Shown: one piece after another, positions 15,259 through 28,200 of the stretch
Layout of the letters: each line of letters begins with the position of its first letter
How positions within the stretch are numbered: position 1 is the stretch's first letter
Assembly (NCBI GenBank): GCA_012295275.1
Contig: CM022670.1
Span: forward strand, 13,082,001 to 13,146,000
Reading direction: 5' to 3'
Origin: Chrysomallon squamiferum
Taxonomy: Eukaryota; Animalia; Mollusca
Length of the DNA: 64,000 nt
Translations under genes and position numbers: made by a program
The notes under the pieces: generated by a model
Told to the model about the DNA's origin: nothing
What the model saw: the letters and a program-made list of their open reading frames with translations, nothing else
Databases searched by the model: none

Positions 15259-16001
15259 TTCGTATACATCGTCATAATCATTATCAAAATCATCATTATT
15301 GTTAGTATTAGTAATATATTTTTAATTCCAACTTTTTTTTTCCGTTTTTTTTTTTTATATATATATATATATGAAGGTATATGTTAATGCAGGTATAACC
15401 TATTTGTGACTGGTACTTCGTTGTACAGAAATCATCCCGCCACTGAATTAATTTCATGTATATTCAAATGAAGATATGGCGCCTTAATTTTTAAACACGT
15501 AAATCTCTTTAGTCTCATGTATTACGCCCTGCATTATGTAAATATTAAGTTACCGATTTATATGAGAATATTTAAGTTATGGACCAACGTGGAAATTAAA
15601 TTCTTTGTACCGCTGAAATGCAGTCCAAGGTTGTATAATACTCTAGGTTGTAAATTAGATTTTTTATTGTTATTTTGCAAACAGGTGTTGTTCAATTAAA
15701 TGATTTATTTTTCTACTGATAAATCTGTCGGGGTTTTAATTTTATTATTTATTATTTTTTTTTTTTTTTTTTTTCGTTATATAATTTATAATATAAAATA
15801 AGAAGAAGAAGAAGAAAGAAAGAAAGAAAGAAAAAGAAAGATGTCTAGAGATAGAAAAATAAATAATTTAACTACTCTAGCTATTATCATTATTATCAAC
15901 AACATCGATATCATCATCAGCAGCATCATCTTCATTATCATCATCATTATTATTAGTAGTAGTAGTAGTAGTAATTTTATTTGTATGTCCGTCTCTTTCT
16001 C

Positions 16002-16009
<8 letters not shown>

Positions 16010-16093
<84 letters not shown>
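16010..16093. repeat. (CT)n microsatellite
   Basis: Directly visible run. Confidence 0.95.
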
Positions 16094-16096
<3 letters not shown>

Positions 16097-16874
16097 GTGT
16101 GTGTGTATGTATGTGTGTGCTTTGAATAAGATATTTTTATATTGTTTTTTGTGTTTGTGTGTGTATGTGTATGTGTTTTTAAACATCTGTAAACTTAGAC
16201 TGATAATATAAACGTTGACTTTAACGATCAGTGGAATTTCTAAGGATCTTCCGAAAATAAACTGACTGTAAAACAAAGAAAGAAAGAGCAGAAGAAGAAA
16301 AAAAGAAAGAAAGAAAAGAAAAAAACTAAAAGCAACGAAGAAAAAAATGGGATAAAATATAAATAAACAAAAGGTCGAAAGGATAATGGAGATACGGGTA
16401 CGATTTCTTAACAATAAACAGTTTCTTATTTATTTCTGTCACGCCTCATTCACAACACTGGCGTTGCCTTTGTTCACTGAACTATGAAAGTATTGATTTG
16501 TTACCGATACTCAAAGGTGAATTCATGTTCGCTTGTCTGATGCCAATTAACACTTGACATTAGCAATAACTCACTGTTACGCAGCGAAAACAACAATAAA
16601 GGGATAAGGAGATTAAAGTGAGTGCATACCAGTGGTAAATAACAGTCTTAGTGTGTTTCACAAACTTCATTGTCTTTGTTTTATTTCTTGTTTTCTGATC
16701 AGGCTTTAGTGCTGATAATAACAATGGCATAAAGTTCGTGAATTCAAGATTTCAGTTATCCGTTTCCTTTTGTTGTTGTTTTTTTTTTTTTCTGTTGTGT
16801 ACGCGCATGGATCTGAATGAGTGTTACCATTTTGTTAAAATGAAAAATATAAAAATGAATGAAAAAAAAAAAAA

Positions 16875-16909
<35 letters not shown>

Positions 16910-17502
16910 AATAAAATGAAATGAAAACAAAATAAATAAAATAAAATAAAAGAAAATAAAATATTCAAAAGGTAGTAATAGAAATTCAAATGTGGAAATT
17001 TTGAAATGATTTATTCGGTTTTACTCGTTTACGTTTGTATTAACAGTCAGTAAATCATTTCAAAAGCAGCTGTTAAACTATACGATTTGTTCTGTTATTA
17101 TTAATAGTAGTAATAGTGGTTGTTGTAGTGACAGTACTAATAGTGGGCTTAGCAGCAGTAACAGCTGTAGTAATAGCAGTAATGGTAGTTGTAGCAGCAG
17201 TGGTGATAGTAGTACTGGCAGCGGCAGCAGTGGTAATATATTGACTTTACGAAGTTCAGTTTTGTTTTTTTGTATTATTTATTTGTTTACTTATTTTCTT
17301 TAATTTGTACACATTTGTGTTTATGGGTGAGAGAGAGAGAGAGAGGGGGAGAGAGTTTTATATATCCCCGACATTCTCTCATTTTGCTTAAATTTTATTT
17401 TATTCTTCTTGATTAGCGGTATCTTTTTCACCCAGAAACTTCACTCGACAGGTTTTCTCTTTTGATCAATTAACTTACGGACGCAGATGACAAAGAAGAG
17501 GT

Positions 17503-17661
17503 CGCCATTTTATCAAGATGGCAGATCATCAAACAGATTGTCCAGCCCGAGGCCTGACGGAATTAGCCGAAGAAGCCATATGCTATAGCTGGCTATGTGT
17601 GGTCGTTCGGAACTACCAATTCAGCGGAAGTGAAGTGTTACTGACGGGATTACTGACGTCA
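17503..17661. promoter_or_regulatory. Housekeeping-type promoter motif cluster (YY1-like pair, ETS, CRE)
   Basis: CGCCATTTT at 17503-17511, AAGATGGC at 17515-17522, CGGAAGTG at 17625-17632, TGACGTCA at 17654-17661, all in a CpG-rich patch. Confidence 0.4.
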
Positions 17662-18386
17662 CAAAGTGAAACTAATGAAGGGGCCATCTGAAGGCTAATC
17701 ATAATTGGTGAAATGAGAAAATCTAAATAATGGTCATTTATCTTCGAATGAAAATTTTTTAAAGGAAAAATCAGAAGGTTGAATGATTTCTGGGGCGTTT
17801 CATTGACTCGAATAGGTTCTTCTGTTGACAAATAATTGAGAGGGTTAATGAAGACCATTTTACATAATGCACGTTTCTCTCAATCGTTGGATGACGATGA
17901 AGGAAACTTTTTTTTTTTTTTTTGTCACTGGACGTTCATGCTTGAATTAATTTTTAACAATCAGTGGATTCATGCATCATACAGAAGTCCAGATGTTATT
18001 ATTAACAGCGTGAAGTACATACCGGTGGGGCAAAATTTTAAATAGGATCTGGTGACATTTTAATATTTAATGAGTATATGTTAACTGTTTGATTTCTCGT
18101 TTTCAATGAGATGATTCTGAGTTATAATTAAAGGAAATAAAATAAAATAAAATAAAATATAATAAAATAAAATAAATAAGCAAATAAATAAACAAATAAA
18201 TGTATAAGATGTAAAGTCAGAAAATACTCAATTTTATTATTATCATTACCATTTTTATTATTATTATTATTAGTGTATATCTATTAATAATTTTACTATA
18301 CTATACTATAGTTTTTCTTATTTGAAGGAAGAAAAATGTTATTTGTTTTATTAAGATCAAATTCTGTTGAAAACATTTCCTGGTAA

Positions 18387-18460
<74 letters not shown>

Positions 18461-20727
18461 ATCAGAAATAAAGAAAACAAATAATAAGAAGAGAAAAAAA
18501 AACAAAGAAAAGAAAGTTGATTTTTAACATTCAAACCTGGTCTAATTGCAAGGTTCGAAAACATTAAAAAAAAATTAAGAAGAAGAAATAGAAATCGTAT
18601 CTATAAACGAGTGGTTATTTTTAACACATAGGAACGATTTCTAGAATTAAACACAACTCTTTGTTCTTTTAATTAATAATTCTGTAGCTTGCCGAGAAAC
18701 AATTTCTCTTAATTGTCTGCCGAAAACGTTGAAACGCCAGACAATTTCCTTGTTCTTTTTTTTGCTAAATTTGGCAGAGTACACGCCCTTGGGATCTATG
18801 GTCTCAAGCCATACTTAACCTTTTTCAAAATCGTCAATGTCTGGACCGCGAGTTTCTTTAATATCCGGAAAGAGTTGTTCTTTTGGCGTGTAAAGGAAGC
18901 GCAAAGGACGGGCCAAGTTGGATAATGCGAAGAAACACGGTGTCGCTGGAAGAAAGTCTGATATTGTTAATCCCCGGAGCTAAATTAGAAGTGTTATGGC
19001 TCTTGAGTTTTCTGTTACTTTAAACAATGTAAATGTTGACGAACAGGCCATCATTTCTGTATATTGCGCTGGGGCATAGACTTTCTCTGTCACTTTGGTG
19101 AAATATATTGGAAAATTGGCTGTTAACACATCCCTAAGGGATACTTCTAAGATGTTATCTTCTTATTATTTGGAGTTGCAGGGAATGGGGTGTTTTAAGA
19201 GGAAAAACTATTTTTGAATAATAACAATAATTCTGTTTCGGCTCTCTCTTTAACATTCTCATTATTTTCATCTCTTTTTTCACGTGGATGGATTCACCCT
19301 AGTGCACACACGTGTAGACACGTACCACGTGATAACACCCTTTCCCTCTCATAGTGTGGTGGAATAAACATTATAAAGTTATCATTCGGAAAGTGAGGAA
19401 TATTTTTAATGCACGCTTAGATTTCATCCGCTTTTTGGTAATTTAAGTGATCAAACTGATAATTGATTTTCACTTATCAGTTAAATTGCTTTAATAGCAA
19501 TGCTAACGCATTTTTTAGATTTTTATTTTTTTATTTTTTATTGTTTTTATTTTTTAAATTGTCAGATGAAGATGTAATCTCTATCACTTAAAAGAAAATC
19601 GGCCCCAAAGGAAAAAAAAAGTTGAAGATATCTATAATAGTGTAAAAGATATCGTATTTCAACGTTTTCAAAATCCACTTTTCGGGTATCGATATTTCGA
19701 AGTTTATAAAAAAAAAAAAATAAAAAAAAAAAAAAAGAAGAAGAAGAAAAAAGTCAGCCTTAAGTCATCAAAAACTTACTTCAAGAGATATCTTTATCAA
19801 ATTTCCATTATCTATTCAATAAACTGTTCTTTTTATGAAGACCTTAAGAGATATGGACTTACTGAATAAGTAATTTTTCTATTATTTTGAGGTTTACTTC
19901 TGCAGACGACCGTATAGAGTTCTCGTTCTTAGGGGTTATTTTTCACGAATCGGGCACTATCGCTTCACTTCAAATGGCTATTAAACCATAAATACAGGGG
20001 TTATTTGTAAAATACAAGGCAGAATGTCAAAGAAGATAGGTCTAAATGTTGCAATTAAATGATCTATTCAGTGTAATCGAAATTTTCGTTTTCTTTTAAG
20101 ATTTTTTTTTTTTTTTTTTTGCTGTTTTAATATTCAGTAGTCATTTTTACTTGTTTCCTTTATATTCGGATTTCCAATTATCAAATAAACTGATATTTGA
20201 TTTCATTCTGCTTTAAAACATACAGTATATTAACGTAACATTATGAGGTTGGGAATTCGGCATTGCTGGGGGTGGGGAATAAAAAAGATTGCAAAATCTC
20301 CTAGCCGCCGATAGCCTTGCTAGCTTTAGCCACTCCCACTGGGTGATTCACCATCTCTGAAATATAACATTTACAAATAATAATGTGGAATAATTAATGT
20401 GAACGTAATTTTGCACTTTATGCCTAAGCCAATGTTCACCAAACATGTTCCTGGTTTTTAAAAGTCCTAATAACACATTTAATGAAACCGTGACACTGTT
20501 ACAAGAACCTCAAAATTGAATATAATAATAAGAAATTATAATTTCACATTTAAAAGAGGGAAAAAATATTTCACCGGCTGATCGGAATCGCAAACTCATC
20601 AACTTAAAATTTATTGTATGACGATATTGTGCATGTACTAGAGAACAACAAATCGAATCAAAATATATAGTAAAAATCTGACAGAAACTGCTAGATTATC
20701 AATGCAGATTAACGATATTTTATTTTT

Positions 20728-20758
<31 letters not shown>

Positions 20759-21559
20759 TTTATTTATTTTAAGATCAGCATACCGTCGTCATACTATACT
20801 GTAAAACCATATATTATTATTGATTTCACAAAAATGTAATAAACAGAAATGAGAGGTATGATTAAAACAAAAACAAAACAAAAAATAATAATAATAAATT
20901 AAGGAAATGGAGAGGAATGTTGTAAGGAAAATATGGGATATATATAACTGGCAAGCAAACTATATTTTGCAGTCTTGTTACATGATTCAGAAATGGCATC
21001 TTCAAATAAGGTGATATTTTATCTTTAATTCAGTTCATCTTTGAATCCATTTCTCATAAAGTTAAATTTAATTTATAAAGTATGTATATATTTGGTGTGT
21101 GACAGAGCGCGCACGCATTGAATTTAATTTCGGAGTTGTTTTTTTTTAGGTTTTTTTTAGGGTTATCTGTAAATATTTATAAATTATGATTATTAATATT
21201 CTGATAAATTATATCTTTAATGTTTAGTGTTTTATATTTTTTAATGATTTTTGAAATATATTATATCGATTTCTTAAATCGTTTATAATTTATTTTTTAT
21301 TAAACGTTGTAGACACTTACTTGGCAGGTTTGAAAGGGTTAAACTATTCAAACGACTTCCGTAACTATAGACATATGATGATATGTCGTTCTATTTTAAA
21401 GGAACGCCGTTTTCACATGTTTGCAGTATTTATGATACTTATTAATATAACAATAATGTGAAAACAAATTCTATGCTATATTATATGTTCTCTTTCATAT
21501 TCGCTTTTAATATCATAAATTAAAAATTAATAGCGACAACCATACACCGATTCGAAAAA

Positions 21560-21570
21560 TTCGCGGGAAA
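21560..21570 (+). promoter_or_regulatory. E2F-type site in the probable DDX11 promoter
   Basis: TTCGCGGGAAA (reverse complement contains TTTCCCGC) lies ~730 bp upstream of the first coding exon. A plausible 5' UTR exon donor AG|GTATTT follows at 21717/21718. Confidence 0.5.
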
Positions 21571-22125
21571 TTGCAAGTTCTTTAAAAATAGTTACGATTA
21601 GTCGTGTTTATCTTTTAGCTAGCACTGTTTACTGCAGATAATGTCCATAATAACATAAAAATATGAAGTAGCAAACGCATTTTTGTCGACTGTGTCATCA
21701 GTCATTAATGATTAAAGGTATTTTTCACGCCAGATAAATCCTGTCATCTTATTCATTCATACATTCGTGACATTATAATGATTATTAATAATATGATTAT
21801 AATGATTATTATGATTATCATCGTTATGAATATAAACTATAAAGATGTCTGTCTTGGTAAACAACGAAGCTTTCAGATCACTGAGTTATAAATAATTTAT
21901 AATGCTAATTATTTGAAACGATAATCATGTAAGAATCGTAATCTGTATGTTTGTAGGTGATTAAATTACGTAACTTTGAAATTATTTAATTTCCTGGACG
22001 TATTTATTTATTGATGACAGTTTTATTATAAATTAGTATTATTCAAAGAAAAGCATTAATTTTTACGGTTTAATTATTATTTTATATGTATATCATATTA
22101 TGTGTATATGTTATTTTATTTTATG

Positions 22126-22169
<44 letters not shown>

Positions 22170-22293
22170 CTTTTATTGTTTTACGTTATGTTTTTTTACA
22201 TAGGGAGTGCAAATTTTTAGATTTTTATATAAATATATATATATATATATACATTAAAAGTTATTATTTATTAAATTTCAAAATGTAAACCAG

Positions 22294-25200
22294 ATGGATG
22301 AGTTTGATGATGAAGAAGATGAAATGATGCTAAGGATGAGTCTAACTCTAGAAAAGCAGGATAAAGAAAAATGTACTCCTCGGTTAAATGAGAACACTGA
22401 AAGCACAGGTCAGCACAATGTCTCAAAACACCAGCTTAATGAACTGGATTCCAAAGAGTCTGAAACGAAAGGTAAAATATGATAATGAATGCTACAAGCA
22501 ACATTGCTGCTGTAAAATTACGAAGATGTGTAAATACCTCACACATTAAATGATTAATGTAGTTTATTAGGCTGAATTCTGAATTTGGTGATCTACTCAA
22601 TAATGTTAAAAAATGAGTTATTCTTTTTGTTACTTAAAGAGGAGATTTTTGTTTGTTAATTGTTATGTATGTCTCTTTGTCTTCTTTCTAAAAATTCCAT
22701 CCATCTCTGTCATATAATATTTACTTTAGATTATAATTTAGACAACTATTGATTTGTTTCTGTGTTATAATTATAAAAATTAATAATACAAATAATCAAA
22801 ATAATTAATGCAAATTGCTATACCTGTGTGTGTGTTATTTCTGAACTGTCACAACAGCCTACAGCATGTTACTCTTTAATTTTTTTTTCTGTGATTTATT
22901 TTCTACTTTTCATAATTACAGAAGCATCCATTGTTGTACCAGAGACCTTTCCTTTTCCATTTGAGCCATACGACATTCAAGTAGGATTTATGAAAGAACT
23001 GTACAAATGTTTGGAGTTGGGAAAAGTTGGCATCTTTGAAAGTCCAACAGGAACTGTGAGTTTTAATTTTAAAGTTGGTAACAGAGAATTCATTTCCTTT
23101 GAATACTTTTTAATTTTATTTATGAATTTTATTATAATTTTTGAAATTGTTTTAGTGTTGTATTAATTTATAGATATATTTTTTTGATGTTATATTTAGT
23201 CAGGTGTGTATGTGTGTGTTCTTTTCTTTTAATTTTATTTATTTATTTATTTATTTATTAGCATAAATTTATATTTGAAATCTAATAAATTGAGCTTCCT
23301 TAATGTTTAAGAATATTAGTTACCTAACTACAACTGATGGAATTAAAATGAATAAAACTCCAATGGATAAAATGTATTTCAGGGTAAATCACTGAGTTTG
23401 ATCTGTGGTGCTCTCAAGTGGTTGAAGGATTTACAACAGAAACAAAGAGATGAATTAGAAGCATTACTGCAAGAACAAAATTCAGACAAGTACTGATTTT
23501 CATTTTATAGTAAACAAAAATATATTTAAATTGTTTTTCTTTCTTTTGTTTTTTTTATTAGTTATTTTATTTACTAGCTTATGGTATTATATATTTGGTT
23601 TCTTTCATTTTTTGTATGTTGTCCTTCTAATTCAAGGGATAAAATAAAGATATTAATTTAAAATAAATAATTATTATTATCTGTATATCCATGGCCTCAC
23701 AGACGTTATTATATTTATTTTCTTCTTCTTCTCTTCTTAAATTTAATTCACAAAAATGACAAAATCTAATGTTCTTTTCTTTTTTCTCTTACTGTTAATT
23801 TATGGTATATTTTTCAGCAGTGAAAAGAATGAAAAACAAAACAAAGAAAATGGTTAGTTGTAACATTATACTTTTAATTATAAACTATTTTTAATAAAAG
23901 TCTTTTCAAATGTTAATTTCTTCTAATAAGATCATTATCCTCTCCTGAAATAGTAATTCAAAAGAAATATATATATATATTTTTTGAAAGTATATTTTTC
24001 AGTAGTTGAGATACATATTACAAAATTATTGTATTTTATAGAAAAATCACATTTATTTACATTTTAATTTTGCAATTATATACTCATTTCTTTTCTTCAG
24101 TCTGTAATTATCCATCAAAAAGATGAATAAAATATTCAATATGTCTCTACAGTGCATAACATTCACATGAAATAGTCAATACACTGCTACAATACACTAA
24201 TATTTTTTAAAATGATTTTTGTTTGTGTCTGTATTTATATTATTACATTCTCAAAATAACTTTATACATTTATTGAATTCAGCCATAATGTGATCTTTCT
24301 CACTATTTAGCAGAGCCTGATTGGATCTCTGATTTTGTTCGGAAACAAGAAAAAGAAGAAAAGTTTAAGAAAGTCAAGGTAAACAAAACTACAAGTGGAT
24401 TAATTTTAGTTTCATGCCTAATGCAAAAATAAAATGCAGATTACTGTGGGCATAATGAATAAATATAACAATTTGAGACAATTTAATTATATAGAAAATA
24501 GATGATAACAGACTGGTGTCATTTTTGGACCATAATAGAATATTATTAAGAAATATTTTGTAGAAATTGTTATCTTTGTAAAATACATAATTATATATTT
24601 ATCTGTTTAGGAAGAGCAGGAGTTGATTGTGAAAAGAGAAAACAAACTGAAAGAGCTGAAAAATATTGTGTCGCTGAAAGGAAAGAGGAAGGTAATAACA
24701 AAAAACAATTTTAACTGAACATGTTTTATGTTATTTTGCTTTTTACGCATGAGACAAAAAAACAACAGCATTAAATTAGTTATTGAGTCAATCTCAGTTA
24801 TTTGTTGTTTGTTTGCATATATGTGTTAAATGTGACCTTACTAGCACAGTGGTAAGTTGGTTTCAGAGAATAAACAAAACAGTATACTATAATTATTATT
24901 ATTATTTTTTTTTTTGAAACTACTTTCTGCTTATATACTATTTCTATTTTTAAACATTATTATTTTAATTTCATATTTTTCGTCGACAATATTAACTTAA
25001 TCCTTGCCATTATTTTTTATATTTTTTTTTTTTTTTTTTTTTATTCAGAGAAATGACCTTGAAGATGAATTTGAAACATTAATGAAAAGTGCATCTTCAG
25101 ATATAAAAGAAGCTTACACTGCAGAAATAGCAGAACTGAATCTGCTGGGTGAAACAGATCAGACAGCAACTGATACAGCAGACGACCATCTTGTCCTGGA

Positions 25201-28200
25201 TGAATATCAGAGTGATGATGATGATGATAGTGCCAAATCTGAAAAAAATGATGAGGATGATTTGTTAGAAGAAGAACATATTACTAAAGTGAGAGAGAAT
25301 TTGTAAACACAGCCACAATTTTTACCAAATAATTCATGCAGATATTGTAGCTTTTGTAAATATGTATTTAAGTTGAATGCATTATGCAGGTTTTAATGCT
25401 AACAGTAAACTTTAATCTAGTTGTTCAGTCTGATTTGTTGTTTTCTTCATTTACTTTATTTTTATTTTTTTTTAGACATCATGAAGTTTATATTAATTTA
25501 TTTATTTTAATTATTATTTATTTATTTATTTATTATTTTTTTTTTTTTCCATAATCTTATTTGAATTATAATGTTTACCAAACTTTTCACATTCCAAACA
25601 GATCTATTACTGTAGCAGAACTCACTCTCAACTTTCACAGTTTGTAAAAGAAATAATGAAAAGTCCTTTTGGTGAGGAAACTAGAGTTACGTCCCTTGGA
25701 TCACGATTAGTAAGTGTAGAAAAAAACAGTTGTTTAATTTTTATTTTATTTTATATTATGATTATTATCAGTTTATGTACATATATAAAGTTTCAGTTTA
25801 CCTGTCATCAATTTATTAGAAGAATAATAATAAAGAAATACAATCTTGATTAATTCATTATCTCAAATTTTGTTTTATTTGTTATTTTTATTTTTAATTT
25901 GAAGTCTGATTCAAGCACAACAGTTTTGCATAACTTGATAATCAGAACTAAATTCATATACGTTATAATTTTTCTTGTATTTAACTAATTTAATATAAAA
26001 CAGTCAATAATTACATTCACTTTATTTTATTTTATTTTATTTTTTTAAGAATCTCTGTGTAAATGAGTCAGTCAGAAAACTGAAGTCTTTGACTCTGATC
26101 AATGATAAATGTATGGAGTTGCAGAAAAACAAAGGTATGTCAAGCCCAAATATCTTATCTTCTCATAATTTTAAGATCTCTGCAAAGAATATTTTTCAAA
26201 TAATCCAAAATAAAAAATAACCAGAATATTAAGCATTATTTGTAGATTATAAATTATTGAGTTATTTATTCTGTAAAGTTATGTTAAATGTTCATGAGAA
26301 AAAAAAAATGATTCTTTGTGTGCTTGTTACTGTGCTTTATTATTAGCAAAGTTTGGTTTGAGTAACAAAATTTGTTCACATATTTTCATATTATTGCTGT
26401 AATTTAATTTATTTAACTATAAAAATAATCTGTTTATATTGTCTTTTATTTTTTATTTTTGGTTGATTGGGGTTTTTTGTGTTGGTATTTTGTTTGTTTG
26501 TTTTCACCTTGTTTTCATCTGGTTTTTTATTTATTTCATTATTTCAGGTAAGGTACAGAAGAATACTGATGGAAGTACTAAGAAGAAGTCAAAGGGAACT
26601 GGATGTCCATTTTATAAATTTGATCTTCTTCAGAATTACAAAGACAGAGTGCTGGTGAATCATCTCTAATTATTATTATTATTATTATTATTATTAGTTT
26701 AACTAAAAAAGATCTTCAGTTTAAATACATATCCCTCAATGCATAACAGTATTTTAATGAACGAGTGACATCAAATTGTATTTGTTGCATAATTGTTGTG
26801 TACAATTATGTTTTAATACTTGATGCACAGTATCATTTATTATTTCATATATTTCAGCTCTTTATTGCATTTTAATGACATTTACATGTTATATGTTTAG
26901 AATTAACATTTACATTGGTTTTGACAACATTGCATTTAATATGGTTAATAATAAACTTAAAATACTGTTAAATAAATGTTCATTCTTTATTTATTTGTAT
27001 TTTATTTTATTTTACTTACTTTTGGAACTAGCTGGAGGTTCAAGACATAGAACAACTTGTAACTTTAGGAAGACAGATGAAAGCTTGTCCTTACTTTGGT
27101 ACACGTTATTCTATACCAGCTGCAGAAGTAAATGTTTATTTTCTTTTTCTATTTTGTAAATTAAATATGTGATGTAGACTGACAGATGTAAAAAATTTCA
27201 TTTTCTTCTTTAAATTAAATTTGTGGTGTCAACTGACATCTAAATAATGATTTTTATTTTCTGGTTGTAAAATTCTTTTTTTAAATTTCATATGTTCATT
27301 TGGGTATAATGTTGTTTATGTTACTGTGACCATACAAAGAAATATAAAGCATTAAAAATTTGTATTATCTGTATTTGAAAAAATTATTCTCAAAGTAATA
27401 CCTCAAAATAGTTTTGAATTCTTGTATAGCTTTAAACTAAAGAAAAAGGAAATTTAAAATATGTAATTGGATTTATCTCCCTTTAGTTTTCAAACATCAA
27501 CAGATTAAGTATTAAAAGAATGTATTTTAAAAAAGTCGTCAATTTCAGTAAGAGGCATTTGCTACAGTGTAGTTACAGCCATGCAGGAACATACCAAATC
27601 TTTAGCAATATTACATTGTAACAATAACAATTTGGTGAGAATTTCTCAACAGTCCTAGAAAATGGTTTGAATTTTTATTTATTTAATTTTTTTATTGTTA
27701 ATATTTACATTTATTTTTATTTGTGTGTGTGAGTGGGTTTTGAAATTAATATTATTTTATTATTATTTTTTTTTTTTCAGCTGGTTGCTTTACCATACAA
27801 CACTCTGCTACATAAGTCAACAAGGGAAGCCTGTGGCATAAAAATTAAAGACAACATTGTGATAATTGATGAGGCTCACAATTTGTTAGAAACCATTAAC
27901 AGTGTGTACAGTATAGAGGTCAATGGAGCTCAGGTTTGTATTCATTACGATAGTATTACTGTTGTTATGTATATTACTATTATTATTGTTGTTAATCTTA
28001 ATATATTAGTATCAAGTATAAGGTAACTTTGTTTTATTTTATTTTTTAAAGTTCATTTCTTTTCTTCTTTTTTTTTTTCTTCTTACTTTTAATCCTTTAT
28101 TAAATAATTTATTACTGGTTGTCGGTTTGTCGTAAGATGGTTTTCGATATTATTGTTATTTTTATTAAGGCTATCATCATTGTTATTTTATTATCATTAT

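Noticed and set aside
21313-21328. ACACTTACTTGGCAGG resembling the U1 snRNA 5' end
   Set aside because: The similarity stops after ~16 nt, with no U1 stem-loops or Sm site.
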